Shown: positions 12,322 to 24,532, counted from the first letter of the stretch. The stretch is 64,000 bases of DNA from Dimorphilus gyrociliatus (GCA_904063045.1 CAJFCJ010000006.1:1912946-1976945), one strand, 5' to 3'. Translations and numbers: made by a program. Notes: generated from the sequence alone by a model not told the origin.

Positions 12322-14214
12322 TTATTCTATATGTATTTCGCTGTAGATCTTGCGGATAAAAGTGTAAGCCGCATAGAATCCGATCGTCCCGGTCATCAGC
12401 CAAAATGTAAATACCATCAATATTGTATACCCAAAGTACAATAGAGTTGGAATGAATTCTGAAATTTCTAGCTTTGTTATGAAATAGAAAATTGAGTAGG
12501 CAAAGACATAGAATGCAGATCCGCCAGAAACAACGAAACTCCTCCACCACCATCTATAATCCTCTCCACATAATTGAAAGTAAACCATTACAATTGATAT
12601 TTGAGAACAGCTAATTATGAGAATCACGAAAACTAAGAACAGAAAACCAAAAAGATAGTAAAACTGATTTTCCCAAATAGCTGTAAAAATGAAGAATAAC
12701 TCTATAAACATGGCGCCAAATGGCAAAATTCCAGCAATTAAGATGCCAAATACAGGATTCAAGTACCACTGTTGGTCAGGAACCTGTCTGGGTATTTGGT
12801 TTGTACGAACTGGATGTGAATAAGGTTGTTTACGGTATCCAAAGTAATATCCTAAATAAACTAATGGTAAAGAAATGCCAAACCACATACACAATAAAGC
12901 AATCATTGTAGTAAACGGTACAGCCCCAGACGATTGTTTTCCCCAAATGAAAAAGTTTAGAAAGAAGCAACATCCAAATACAATCGTTGGATATAGTGAA
13001 GCAGTTTGAAAAGCTGCTTTTTTCCATGAATCTCCTTTCAACGTCTTGTATAACCTTCCAGAGAAGAAGCCTGCTATTAAACCCATCAACATAAATAGGA
13101 TAATTGCCCATTGCATTAAGGAACCCCTTGAGGAGGGAGATAACATTCCCAGCATTGCGAAAACAATGGTCAAGAAAGAGCAGCAAAGGATTTGCATACC
13201 AGATCCAACAAATGAGGTGAACAATTTTACTCTCTGGGGTGGTCGAAAAACATCTCCATGAACCAGTTTCCAGCCTGTTTCCTCCAATGTATCATCCATA
13301 TCATCCTCTGGCCTGTTATATTTTGCGATATCCTTTCTCAATGTACGAATAATGATCATTGTTAGTATACCAGCCAAGAAGAGAACGACTACGACCGAAT
13401 TGATAATTGAGAACCAATGTATTTGGACATCGGTCATACTTAAGTAAATATCCCATCTTGATGCCCAAGGAACTTTGCTCTCCTTCCAGTCAACTGAATA
13501 TGTGAAAAGAATCTCCGTATCACCCTTATCTGATATTTCTTGGGCGTTAACTTTTTTGCTCGTAATTTTGCAAGTGTTTCCATTGGCTTGCAATTCATTA
13601 TTGTCTATACTTCTTGCTTCAACCTCAAAGCCAACAATTCTATATGTCTTTTTTTTCGCATCAGTATCATCAACTAAATGATGATACATAATAAACTTGA
13701 CATGATTATTAATATAAATCTTGTTGTCTTTAACAGAACCAAGACGATAACCATGCTCATACTGTGTCTCACCAGTTTCCAATATTTGGAACTTTGTCGC
13801 ACAGGGTAGATTATCAGCTAGCAGATGTACGAAATATTCTTGGCGAATTCTCTGTTGTAAAATCTTCTTTTCCTTTGCGGAAAGCTTTACTTTATTACAT
13901 AGGACTGTACACCCCTTAGAAACAGTCATGTTCACTGAGTAAAGTGTGTTTACAATACGATCTCCTCGAAGGACTTCTCCAAGGTTTTCAGCTTTGTACT
14001 TTATTTCAGAATTGGGAGGTTTGCAAAAGGCTAGTGAATAATATTCATAAGGTAGTTGAGCTTTTACACTCGTTAATTTTACTGCTTTAATTTCGACTGC
14101 ATCATTAGCTTTGAAGTCAGTAGGGGCAACTCCGGGAATATAAAAGCAGTCATAATAATTAATAAAAAAAAATAAACAGAACGATACAATATGAAGTCTG
14201 GTTGAGCTGGCCAT
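12322..14214 (-). CDS. TM9SF4: Transmembrane 9 superfamily member 4, intronless
   Basis: Single ORF with signal peptide, [11 protein letters not shown]...[50 protein letters not shown], nine TM segments and C-terminal KIYSEIHIE. The ATG is at 14214; the ORF track starts one codon earlier at TTG. Confidence 0.96.
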   Translation of the reverse strand: MASSTRLHIVSFCLFFFINYYDCFYIPGVAPTDFKANDAVEIKAVKLTSVKAQLPYEYYSLAFCKPPNSEIKYKAENLGEVLRGDRIVNTLYSVNMTVSKGCTVLCNKVKLSAKEKKILQQRIRQEYFVHLLADNLPCATKFQILETGETQYEHGYRLGSVKDNKIYINNHVKFIMYHHLVDDTDAKKKTYRIVGFEVEARSIDNNELQANGNTCKITSKKVNAQEISDKGDTEILFTYSVDWKESKVPWASRWDIYLSMTDVQIHWFSIINSVVVVLFLAGILTMIIIRTLRKDIAKYNRPEDDMDDTLEETGWKLVHGDVFRPPQRVKLFTSFVGSGMQILCCSFLTIVFAMLGMLSPSSRGSLMQWAIILFMLMGLIAGFFSGRLYKTLKGDSWKKAAFQTASLYPTIVFGCCFFLNFFIWGKQSSGAVPFTTMIALLCMWFGISLPLVYLGYYFGYRKQPYSHPVRTNQIPRQVPDQQWYLNPVFGILIAGILPFGAMFIELFFIFTAIWENQFYYLFGFLFLVFVILIISCSQISIVMVYFQLCGEDYRWWWRSFVVSGGSAFYVFAYSIFYFITKLEISEFIPTLLYFGYTILMVFTFWLMTGTIGFYAAYTFIRKIYSEIHIE

Positions 14215-14292
14215 CAAGAAACGCCTGTACAGGTATACTTTGCTTTCAGCTCTAAAGTAATTTTTTGCAACGGTGGACCGGAAATTTGAATA

Positions 14293-14343
14293 CGGAAGTA
14301 GAAATATTCAATATGGGCGACAAAAAAGACGCCGCCTATCGGT
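14293..14343. promoter_or_regulatory. TM9SF4 proximal promoter: ETS site and CTCF-like site
   Basis: CGGAAGT at 14293-14299. CGCCGCCTATCGG at about 14330-14342 reads CCGATAGGCGGCG on the minus strand. Confidence 0.45.
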
Positions 14344-15078
14344 TTCTAGGCTTTTTGCGCGCGTTTTTTTCAAATGCTATTTACTATTAGGACTCTTATC
14401 TGGACATAAAAAATTAATAAAATATGATTTGTAATAATAATGTTTTAAATATAAAATTAGTGATATTTTTTATTTTATCCAATATCATTGATAAAGCAAA
14501 CAACTAATAAAGGAAACTGTACTATTCTCTTCCTTTAATCATGACACATCAGATTTTTTAATAAAGTCCAATAACCTATACAGAAAATTCAAATCTTGTT
14601 TGATCTTCAAGAACAAAATGAAGAAAATGAAAATTGAATCAAGAATCCTAATTAATTAAATATCTTAAGGACCATTAACTATGAATACTTTTATACTATT
14701 TTTACATGAAGAAACGAGTTTCCTCATATCTTTAGGCTTAAAATAAACGATAGGGACTTGAATCTCTTTTGTCAAAACTGTTAAGAGAAAAAGGGAAACC
14801 TTTTTACTAAAATGAAAAGTTCAATTATAATATTGAAGAATTTTTCGGCTATAATTAAGATAGTTATAAAAATAATAAGTCTTCACAAATTCTCTGAAAT
14901 TCTATTATTATTATTGTTTAATTACGCATTTATTCTAAATTTTAATTAAATTCATTTCTAAAAACTACATCTAGCCGATTTTCGGACGGATCGTCCCCAG
15001 GGTTGACCGAATAAACAGACATTTATAACTTCTATATCTTCTAACAAAGCTCAAATACAACGGTAAATTAACAAGCAG

Positions 15079-15684
15079 CTAAGCTCTTCTAAAGAATCTC
15101 TTACAAATGATGTCGTCGACTTGCATCGTCTGAAAAATGTATACAATTTTTTTGAAGTTCAAAGAACATTGTTAAAATTATTACTTGTAACATTTCTTCT
15201 CCAACAAGTTGACGTTTGATAATGTGAATCTTTGCTTCATCGGGATTAACAGGGGTAAACGTTATAACTAATTTATCTCCATCCCAGAAAGGTTGACCCT
15301 GAATGTGCCAAAGACAATTAAAGTTTTATATCACCAAAAAAAAATCCCTTTATACTTTTTATAGGGAGATATAAAGTACTAACTTTGGTGCGAATTCCAC
15401 CGTGTGCCTCGTAATCAAACTCTTCCCCAACTGTAAATTCGGTGTTCCTAGTGCACATGACGTTTAAGATCTTAATAAGGAACTTATCTTCATTTTGATG
15501 AATTTCTACGTCCTGTTGAACAGAAGTTGCCATTCGAATAACCGCATCGTCGGCCCCTAAGGCATTGAACGTAGCACTAACAAGCTTTATAGTTTCATCT
15601 CCACTTACCATTTGCCCTCAAATAATCTTCAAATTTTTCGCTTTTGTACATAGACCACTTGCCGTTAAAGTTCGGTTTTCCCAT
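15079..15684 (-). CDS. FABP: Fatty acid-binding protein (FABP/CRABP family), 4 exons
   Basis: Exon 1 15684-15609 MGKPNFNGKWSMYKSEKFEDYLRAN. Exon 2 15556-15384 ...EFTVGEEFDYEAHGGIRTK. Exon 3 GQPFWDGDKLV...KRQLVGEEMLQ. Exon 4 TMQVDDIICKRFFRRA*. The three-intron layout is typical of FABPs. Confidence 0.92.
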
Positions 15685-16146
15685 ACTCTCTCTTAGAACT
15701 CCTCACTTTAAATGAATCAGGTGCGCATGTAATTAGAAATTAAGATACTTCTTGATGCACCTGCGCAAAGCAAGGTAACCATGGTAATCAATTCGAAATC
15801 ACGTTCGCGGTCACCCCAAAAGCATTACTCACATTTCATTAATTATATGTAATGGAACATGTTCTTCCGGATTTTTCTCACTACTAACAATTCGACTAGA
15901 CAGTTTTACTTTTATAATAGTGTTTGATATATTTATTCCCTTAACAATCGAACAAGACACACTAAACAGAAAAAAGGAATACTATTGTTTACTATCTTTA
16001 TAAAAATTAAAAGGAAACATAGGGTGTTGTAACAAAATTTCATAATGGAATTAACCAACTTGAAACGTGACAATTTCGCAAAGGTAGACGAAAGCTGAAA
16101 AGTTTTATATTAACGTATGTAAAACTTACCTTTCCTTAATTCTCTA

Positions 16147-18702
16147 CTAATATACGTTTTTAAAGCCTCCACGGTTAAATCTTCTGCCTTGACCTCCTCT
16201 AAAACGTTGACCTCTTTGTCCACGGAATCCCCGACCTCTACCACGGTCTGGAAATTCACCATTTAGTTTCTTAATCAAGTTCAAAAATAGTACAAGTAAA
16301 GCAAAACTTACTTTGGTGTTGAAAAGTACCAGCTCTTTCGCTGAATTTTCCGGTTGGTGGAGTATAAATAGACTGATTAGATTTTGCTTTCTTCTTAGGT
16401 GAAGAATCATCAGAGTCAGAAACAAATTGGCGTCTATGCGGATAAAAAGGAAATCAGTGTCTGCTAACGAGCTAAATATTAAAAACTTACTTTGTAGTTC
16501 CTATATAAGAACTCTAAGAAGAAGCAAATTAAAAATAAAAGAAATTATTGTGGTATCTTAATAAAAAATTGTCAATCTCACTTCGCTTGAAAGTTGGCAA
16601 TTCGATTTGTACGATGGAGGAACATGCATTAGATCACGAACTAAGACGTCGATATTCTTCACAGTTTTAATGGCTGTTGCTCGCCAATGCTTTTGATCTT
16701 CGTCCATTTCGGTTTCAGCTTTTTTGCTAGATGTTAAAACTTTCAGATGATTGCGTGCGCAGTGGGCAGCAAATTGTAACCTATGAATTCAGAGTAATCA
16801 GTCAATCTAATAATTATTCGTTCTGGATCTCAAAAAAATAAAATAAAAAAGGCATTCACTTTACCTTTTACGAAAATCTTTGACCTTCTCTCCGTCCATG
16901 AGAAATTCTACTTGTTGAGATGCTAATTTGTGAAAGGCGAAGAGATATGATTCAACCACATCGAGCTGTAAGTTTGAATGATCCTCCAAGTTTTCTAAAT
17001 TATTGTCTTCTGGTAGAGGCAGATACAGCTAAATGCAGAAAACAATTTCTTTATAAATTATTTAATTAACACGTTCAAAACATTTCATACTAATAGTCCA
17101 TTATACATCGATTGCAATATTTCAGAAATATTTTCTAAAGTCCCGCTATAACGACAGAGTAAAGCAAGGGATGTCAAAAGTTCCAGCTGAAATAGATGGT
17201 CAATTGTTAGTATTATACATTTAAAATAATATTATAAAATTTAAAATGTAGTAAATAACATTTTATTACCTGAAGATCACTATCATCAATCTGAAAGTTA
17301 GAAATGTGATCTATAACATTTAGGCACGTATACTCCACTAATTGGGTAGAAGGAACTCCAGTCTAGAAAAATTAATGATTTAAATTACAATTTTTATAAA
17401 TATATCATAAAAAATGAAACGTACCGAACAAATTAATAGCGATTGTTTTAAAACGAAAGCCAACCATTGATAATTTTCCTTAGTAGGCTGAAAAATATTC
17501 CAGTTAAACAGATGTGTTCGTTAATATAGTGATTTTTTACCTCGAATGGGACTGTTAGTGCACTTTTCTCAATGAATTTTTCTAAAAGCTTTACTTTAAC
17601 AGGTCTATCAACCACTCTAATCCTCTGGCATAGAGACGGTATCAGGATTTCTAGATCTTTCTTATCACAGTTAGGAAGTACCTAAAAATTCGATAAATTT
17701 AATTGAGATCCTGGTTCCCTAAAATATGCATCGTATATAGTTGATTTAAAAGCATACGTTAACTAATTCCTGGACGAAGAAAGTTTCAATGTCTTTGGTC
17801 CATTTTTCAGTTTCACTTTTTTTACGAAAGTCATTAAGTATTAAATTAATGAATTGCGACGGAACTGATGCGTCTAATTTAGGATCTATAACAGTAAAGA
17901 TAGCTTCTAGAGTAACTGCAAAAGAGATAGTAAAAAGTTAAATCAAAATTCAAGACGTATTTTGGTAGCTAACCTTTTGGATGCTGGTTGAAAGATTCAG
18001 TCAGTGGTTGAATCCATAGAGTTTTGTCAGATACATTAACTCGCACTACAAAGTCAGTTATTATTGTAGAAACAAGGTCGGCAATAGATTCAGAAAACTT
18101 CGAAGATTGCACAAGACTACTTCTAGCAATTTTCAATAGCTAGAAGTAAGAAATTATTAGATAAGATTGTTTCGATAAATTTTAATAATATACCAAAGGA
18201 TCATTCGAACTTTTGTTGGTAGCTTCCAAAATGGCGTTAAATGCCTCACTTCTTAAAACTGGAAATTTTTTCAAATGGCGAATAATTAGCTGAATTGCTA
18301 AACTCTTCTGTTTATTGTTGCCCTTATAGATTGTAGTGATAAGCTGATTCATCAATTTGTTGTTCTGTTAAAGATTATGTCTTACTATTAATACTGGCCA
18401 GAGGGGAAAGTTAAATATTTTATGAAATATATAGGAGAATGTCACAATAATTAACAAGGTCCTCACCTCTTCATTGTTAGACCCGGCATCTTTCTCCAAA
18501 ACGTTATTTGCTTCGTAGATATCCTCAATACTAATAGGGTTGCCTAAAAATTTAGTTCCAACCTAACAGAAAATTAGAAATTTATAAGCTAAAAACATCA
18601 ACTTTCTCTTGCATGATTGTATAAATTTTTATTCGAGCGATAATACCATAACTTCGCTAGATAACGACTTACTTCATCTGCTAGATTGTCGTCTTGAGCC
18701 AT
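16147..18702 (-). CDS. API5: Apoptosis inhibitor 5, divergent, multi-exon, with RG-rich tail
   Basis: Hand-spliced segments SIEDIYEANNVL, KSLAIQLIIRHLKKFP, LQLDVVESYLFAFHKL...KVKDFRKRLQF, TAIKTVKNIDVLVRDLMHVPPSYKS and IYTPPTGKFS align with API5 motifs (LQFSYVECLLYSFHQL, KDLFHIPPSYKS, IYNPPSGKYS). Not shown as one ORF in the track because of many short introns. Confidence 0.88.
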
Positions 18703-18808
18703 TATGAATTAGATAGCGATTAAGAGTAGATTGCTCGTAGATGTTTATAGAAATTGAGTCTATTTTAGTTTTGAACACCAAGGTTCTAAAAAACGCAAGT
18801 AAGACGAA

Positions 18809-18863
18809 CCGGAAGTATGCAGTTGATATTACTTTACACCAATAACGCTTAGCGCCCTCTACA
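18809..18863. promoter_or_regulatory. API5 proximal promoter: ETS site and CTCF-like site
   Basis: CCGGAAGT at 18809-18816 and AGCGCCCTCTAC at 18851-18862, in the ~215-bp gap between the B3GALT6 stop and the API5 start. Confidence 0.5.
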
Positions 18864-18918
18864 AGATTCTATTAAACTAACATTTAAAAACATAAATTCA
18901 TTTATTTTAAAATTTGAA

Positions 18919-19991
18919 TTAAGGAATAGATTCATTAAATCTACCGCAACAATTGCTTGGTAATACACTCCAATTGTATATAAAGCTCAGATGTAGTTTC
19001 TTTTCTCTTAAGCCACATAGTCTGTTAAATTTTTTCAAGTTTTCAAATTTTTCCTCCATCATATTAGAACTTTGTTTGTGTGTTATTATATAAGAATTAT
19101 CACATCCGCGTGACCTCCACTCTGTGTCAAATCTTGGATCATGCTCTCGTTTTATGTTAAGTGGAGAAAGCCATGCTCCAACACTAATATCTTCACTTCT
19201 ATACATTTGTAAAATATCGCTATTAGTTGATATAAATGTGACTAGGTCTGAAGTAAGAATGTAACCGCCGCCCCTTAAAATGAAAAGAGTATATATTAAT
19301 TAGAGAGTTCACTAAATGTTACTCTAAGAGGACTATACATAACATTTCTAAATTACTTTTAGTTTGTTTACCTTGCATGGGGAAGATATCTGTCGCAAAG
19401 AAACCAATCTTTCTCTGACCATTTCCCTGATTTTTTTACTTTTGCTCTTCCATCAAAAAATCCATAATAAAATTTTACTTTTGGTTTATCATCTAAAATC
19501 TTTGCCAAAATGTCTAATCTTACAAATGAATCATCATCTACTTTTAACAAGTAAGTAAATTTAAATCTTCTATCAATCAATTTAAAAGCTTTCATCATCT
19601 TCTCAGTTAATTTAAAATAAGATTCATTAAAATCATCTAATAAAATCAAATCTGAGGATGAACTTCTTTCTTTAAAAAGTGCTTCTTTATCACTAATTGT
19701 TAAACCCTCTATCCCCATCACAAAATATAGACACGTTTCACTATTTGCATAGTTAAACCAAGTCTTTCTTATTATTTGTCTTCTGTTGTAGTTGAGAATA
19801 CCACTTAAAATCAGTACTAATAATGTACATGTTGGATGCTTAGCCTGATTATCGCTCAAGTCTTTTCCTACTCTTGCTGCAGAACTTGTATATGCTATTG
19901 GTAAACATATTGTTATCACTAAAATATAAAAAAAGAAGACAAAGATTATTGCAGCTCCGAGTATTGTACAGTTCCTCCGATTTAATTTCAT
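18919..19991 (-). CDS. B3GALT6: Beta-1,3-galactosyltransferase 6 (GT31; GAG linker galactosyltransferase II), 2 exons
   Basis: Type II TM anchor, KVDDDSFVR, WF(L)CDRYLPHAR|GGGY, SEDISVGAWL and REHDPRFDTEWRSRGC. Exons 19991-19372 and 19273-18919; intron 19371-19274. Confidence 0.93.
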
Positions 19992-21130
19992 TGTGCTTAA
20001 ACACCATTAAGTATTAAAAGACGAACGCAAAGTTAGTTTCGTACTTATTACAGAAGACCATATTCTCACTAACACAAAATACTTTTTGCTGACACTTGCA
20101 TCTAATATCATCGACATATTCTTTATGAGTATTTCTTCAACAAATTATTCAAAATTGTGCTAATTAAAACAAGTAACTCTGGCAGATGTTAGAATATTGA
20201 AGGAAATATCATTCACAGACCATCTGTGTGGATTCTTGACTGATATAATTTCAATTTCACCATAATGATCAATGGAAAACGCATAAAATCGAAATTTTTG
20301 TATATAAAAATAATTCTACTTATGTAAAAAGCTCTATTCTTTTTCTTTGAATAGACCATTTAGTGTTGATATTTGCTTTTTATTCTCTTTTTCATTTTGG
20401 GGGTAAATACAACAAAGTTCAAAAGAATCATCTTAACCTAATAAAGTATTATTTTTTAGCTATAAATAAATTTATATTTATCTTCAAGATATACTTCACT
20501 AGCTTGATTAGAAATCAATTCGATTAGATAAGATATAAGCGTATTGCATAAAACCTGTTATATCATTTTAATTGATCCATTAATCGAAGATATTGGTAAA
20601 TGTTAACCAAACTAGAGTCCCATGGCTGTAGGCAAATATTATGCGTCTATAATCTTGTCCTAATCTTCTGGAAAAAATGCTTTAAGGATCTAATCAATTT
20701 TTACTATTTCTAGCATATCGGCTGTTATATACCGGATTTTGTATAGGAAAGAAAGATCCTCTAACTAAATTAAACTATGTAAAAATCGGAAATTTCCTTT
20801 CAGTTCAACTGTTTTGTTAGAGTTGAAAACTTAACGTACAGACTGGGGTAATTAATTGTATATCTTAGAATGTATATACAGTATATATGTATATATATAT
20901 ATTGTATGTACGCGTGTTTGTAGTTTAAGCAAATATCGAAAGTCAATTAATGTCAAAAGAGAACAGTTTTCATCTTATTTAAAGATTTTTTAATAACAAA
21001 AATATTTTTCGACAAGACTGGCATGAGCGCAACTGCGGTTAACACGAAAGAATGCAAAAAAAAAGGCTTCATCTTAAACTGGCACTCAATTTTTTGTCGA
21101 AGAATTCTTGATTTCTATAAAGGAAGAATA

Positions 21131-24040
21131 TTAACTATTCATATTAGGTTCAATTGATTCTTCCAGCTCTTTTTTAGCCTTATTGAAAGCTAATTGAAAT
21201 CCTCTAGAAAGAGGAAGAAGGGGAAATGACGGCTTCCTAGGCTCATCAGGTTTTTCAATCCACGATTCTATCCTCTTTAGAAACTTTCCTCCAGTTTCTT
21301 TTATATGTCTCTGAACTTCTTCCTCAAAACCAGCTGGAATTTTTCTAGAGAGAACAGATAATGACTTAGTTAAAGTTAACAGCACCATTTCATTGTACAT
21401 GCGACTATTCTCCATACCATTTGCAGTGTTTCTTTGCAGTTCGTATCCTGCTTCGTTGAAATAAGGCTCTTCAACTAGAATCAACGATTGAATAGATATC
21501 AGTAATTGTAACAAAGTAGACTTGGGTGTCCATTTTTCCGTTCCTTTACCAGACCAAGTTCCTAACAGACTTAGGCACACTTTTCCATCTACGTACAAAT
21601 TTGGATTTAGCCTCTCGGCATACATGGAATGATAATAAACTTCTGGTGGAACAAGGGGATAGGTTTCGGGGAGGTAAATATCGAAAAAAAAAACACCATC
21701 TTCATAAGGGGTATCATGAGTTCCTTGTATTAATACACGTAATTTATGAGTATCGCTCTCATATGCAATCAAACGAATACCCTTGGGAAGATCCTTGGAT
21801 AACTTTTGCATTTCAGAATGATAATGTTTAATAAATCTAGGATTAGTGCCTGGATTATGTCTTTTGAAGTAATGATCGTCTGGCACAATTTCTACGAATT
21901 TTATTTTTTCGTCGTCGAATTCATAGGATATACCCTCATCGTCGCTATCATCTATAACTATAACTCCATTTTCCTCAAGCACCTCAGGCACTTCTGGCTC
22001 CACTTTTTCTTCTTTAATTTCAACAACCTCGGAACAAAATCCTGTACTGGAGATCTCTACTTCACTTTCGGCATTGATAACATTCTGTTGAAATGTATCG
22101 CTAATATCTTTTAAGATTCTAACCATCTTTTCTCCACTCAATTGATGCTTATTAATTTTTTTCAATATCTTCGTTAACTCAACCTCTTTTTTACCCGTAG
22201 AATTAATCAGGAGAGGGGCCACTTTGTAGATGACGTTTTCTAATATCTCTTCCAATGCGTCATCAGGGAGCTCATTACCTTTTCCTAATGAGTTAATTAA
22301 CTCACAGACATCTTCAGCTGTTTTTTTAGCTTCTTGCAGGTGTTCGAAGGCAATACTAAGTGTTAGACACAAATTAATAGATTTCCCTTCCCAGACTTTA
22401 ATTTCTTCGCTGTCTTCTTCTTCTGTCTCCCAAGATGAGTTTGAATTGTTCAATTTTTCGCAGTCATCATCACTGTTTTCCGATTCAGAGTCAAAATCTA
22501 ATTCTCCGTCATCGTCGTCGTCGTCATCATCATCATCGCTGTCATACTTTACTATAACTTCGGTTGGGTACACTAAAGATTCAGTATTACCGTACCAAGT
22601 TATTTTCATTCTCCCATCCGTTAACATTTCTAAGACCTGTCCAACGTTTTCAGAATAAGTGTCATTATCACTAGGGGAGTCTGTATATTTTTTTGATCTA
22701 ACAACCACTGTTCCTGGTCGGAATGTAAAAGTATCGTGTTCTCTGAGTTCATAAACAGAAACTTCTTCGTCCTTGATTACTTCAGGCTGTTGAGAATCGG
22801 ATATTGTTTGAAACCAACGTACAAAACAAGTTCTGCCTAAATGATCAGCTCTTTTCACAACTGCATATTGCTTTGATGACTTTCCTTCCCGAGAATAAAC
22901 GTAATCCCCTGGAAAGTATTCGTTATCATCTGGATAATTAATGGGATACAGTTGGCAAGAATTAATGTCTTTTTCGGTTGTACCATCCTGCCACATAACT
23001 CCTACATGAGATTCTGTATAAGTAATAACATAAGGCGCCAAATTTTCAAATTCTGGCATAGCATAACGACTCCAATTTTTATCTTTAACTAACTTGACGA
23101 ACTTGTCATAGGGTGAACGTATTTTTTCCGGATTATCCACATTTGGTGGATGGGAAGAGAAATAGACTATATCTCCCAATTGATAAGTGGACGCATTGAA
23201 ACAATCCAATTTCTTCAGTTTTCTCAAGCTAGGACCCCGAATTATTCTCTTCGGTCGTTTATTCTTTTTCCCTGTAATTGCACATGCATCCCATTCGACT
23301 TCTACTTCTTTAACTCTTATGTTGATTATTGTTACTTTACAAGTTTTTTTTCTATCTGCATTTCTAACTGACTTGGAATTATGGTATTTTGTTTCCCTCG
23401 TCCATTTGGCATGCATTAAATCGCATAAACAACCAGTCAACGTTTGACTGACATAATACAATACATCAGCAAATTTGTAACCTCCTGCCACAGTCTTATC
23501 TGAAGTATCCTTAAATCTCTCTAAAGTTTCGTCCGATAAGCAAACCTTGCACATTGCACCGTCAGAAAATGCCAGGGTAATTTCTTGGTCAATGTCCTCA
23601 ATAACTCCAGCCCAACAGTCCATTGCCACAGGCTCATTTATGTCAATATCGGAAAAAAATATCGGTATCAGCTGACTTGTATCGACTTTGGAAAATTTCC
23701 TGAAACCATTTATTTCCTCCAGATTGCATAAAATTTTCGTGGAGGTTGCATAGCCCTTAACACCACCGGGATCATTCATACGTCGAACAATATCGGAGGG
23801 TAGAATAGAACGATCTTCTAGGGTCAACTCTTCTGAGGAAACAACCGATGTTACTCCAGTTGGAAACCATGCAATTCGATTCATTCCTAAAGCAAGACGC
23901 ATTTCACTCTCCTCAATATATATATCGTCATGACCAGTTTCAGCTGTTTCTAACACCAGGCCATATTTCTTTTCACCCGTTTCAGTTAAACTGCTGATTT
24001 CATCTTCAGCGAATAATTCCCTATCTCCTTCCGCCGCCAT
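21131..24040 (-). CDS. UBE2O: E2/E3 hybrid ubiquitin-conjugating enzyme UBE2O, intronless, 969 aa
   Basis: C-terminal UBC domain TPYEDGVFFFDIYLPETYPLVPP...LNPNLYVDGKVCLSLLGTWSG...LLQLLISIQSLILVEEPYFNEAG. N-terminal conserved regions VMWQDG and DDNEYFPGDYV, and an acidic poly-Asp linker. Confidence 0.95.
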   Translation of the reverse strand: MAAEGDRELFAEDEISSLTETGEKKYGLVLETAETGHDDIYIEESEMRLALGMNRIAWFPTGVTSVVSSEELTLEDRSILPSDIVRRMNDPGGVKGYATSTKILCNLEEINGFRKFSKVDTSQLIPIFFSDIDINEPVAMDCWAGVIEDIDQEITLAFSDGAMCKVCLSDETLERFKDTSDKTVAGGYKFADVLYYVSQTLTGCLCDLMHAKWTRETKYHNSKSVRNADRKKTCKVTIINIRVKEVEVEWDACAITGKKNKRPKRIIRGPSLRKLKKLDCFNASTYQLGDIVYFSSHPPNVDNPEKIRSPYDKFVKLVKDKNWSRYAMPEFENLAPYVITYTESHVGVMWQDGTTEKDINSCQLYPINYPDDNEYFPGDYVYSREGKSSKQYAVVKRADHLGRTCFVRWFQTISDSQQPEVIKDEEVSVYELREHDTFTFRPGTVVVRSKKYTDSPSDNDTYSENVGQVLEMLTDGRMKITWYGNTESLVYPTEVIVKYDSDDDDDDDDDDGELDFDSESENSDDDCEKLNNSNSSWETEEEDSEEIKVWEGKSINLCLTLSIAFEHLQEAKKTAEDVCELINSLGKGNELPDDALEEILENVIYKVAPLLINSTGKKEVELTKILKKINKHQLSGEKMVRILKDISDTFQQNVINAESEVEISSTGFCSEVVEIKEEKVEPEVPEVLEENGVIVIDDSDDEGISYEFDDEKIKFVEIVPDDHYFKRHNPGTNPRFIKHYHSEMQKLSKDLPKGIRLIAYESDTHKLRVLIQGTHDTPYEDGVFFFDIYLPETYPLVPPEVYYHSMYAERLNPNLYVDGKVCLSLLGTWSGKGTEKWTPKSTLLQLLISIQSLILVEEPYFNEAGYELQRNTANGMENSRMYNEMVLLTLTKSLSVLSRKIPAGFEEEVQRHIKETGGKFLKRIESWIEKPDEPRKPSFPLLPLSRGFQLAFNKAKKELEESIEPNMNS

Positions 24041-24182
24041 TTTTGATCAAGACGTCTAAAGGAAGTTTCGTATAAAAAATTTCCCAATCGATTCGTGTTC
24101 CCCTATCATTTACAATACTGATTTTGAGTATGTAGGTAAAATATCTTTTTTATCAAATTATATATAAGGTGAAGGTCATAAA

Positions 24183-24198
24183 TTTTCCCGCCATTTTC
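24183..24198. promoter_or_regulatory. E2F/YY1-like motif upstream of UBE2O
   Basis: TTTTCCCGCCATTTT combines an E2F-like TTTCCCGCC with a YY1-like CGCCATTTT, about 150 nt upstream of the UBE2O ATG. Confidence 0.4.
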
Positions 24199-24532
24199 TC
24201 TCATTTTATTTAAACTATTAAATTATACAGAAAAGAGTTGTATTTAAACCGAAATAATGTATTTGAATCAGTATTTACATAAAATATTTATTTTTAAATT
24301 AGTTCCACTTTAAACTTATAAAAAGGGGGAAAATTGTTGGAAAAAAATAAACAAGCAAATACGTAATGTGTATAATTATACAGAGTTTTTAATTTGTGTA
24401 TATATTGTAAATAGAACGCTTATTATTTGGCTTTTCTTCTTTACAAGAAAAATCTACAGCGAAGAAAATGCAGACAGAATATATGCAGTTTTCAACTAAC
24501 AAATATTACAATAAGAAAACATCTCTTTTTTT

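Noticed and set aside
12720-13681. Antisense ORFs inside TM9SF4, and similar ones inside UBE2O, neprilysin, the ephrin-like gene, the CDK and the GPCR
   Set aside because: They are shadow ORFs of real coding sequence with no independent protein features.
16147-16260. RG/RGG-rich C-terminus of API5 as a novelty
   Set aside because: As I recall, the long vertebrate API5 isoform also ends in an RG-rich tail, so this is probably conserved.
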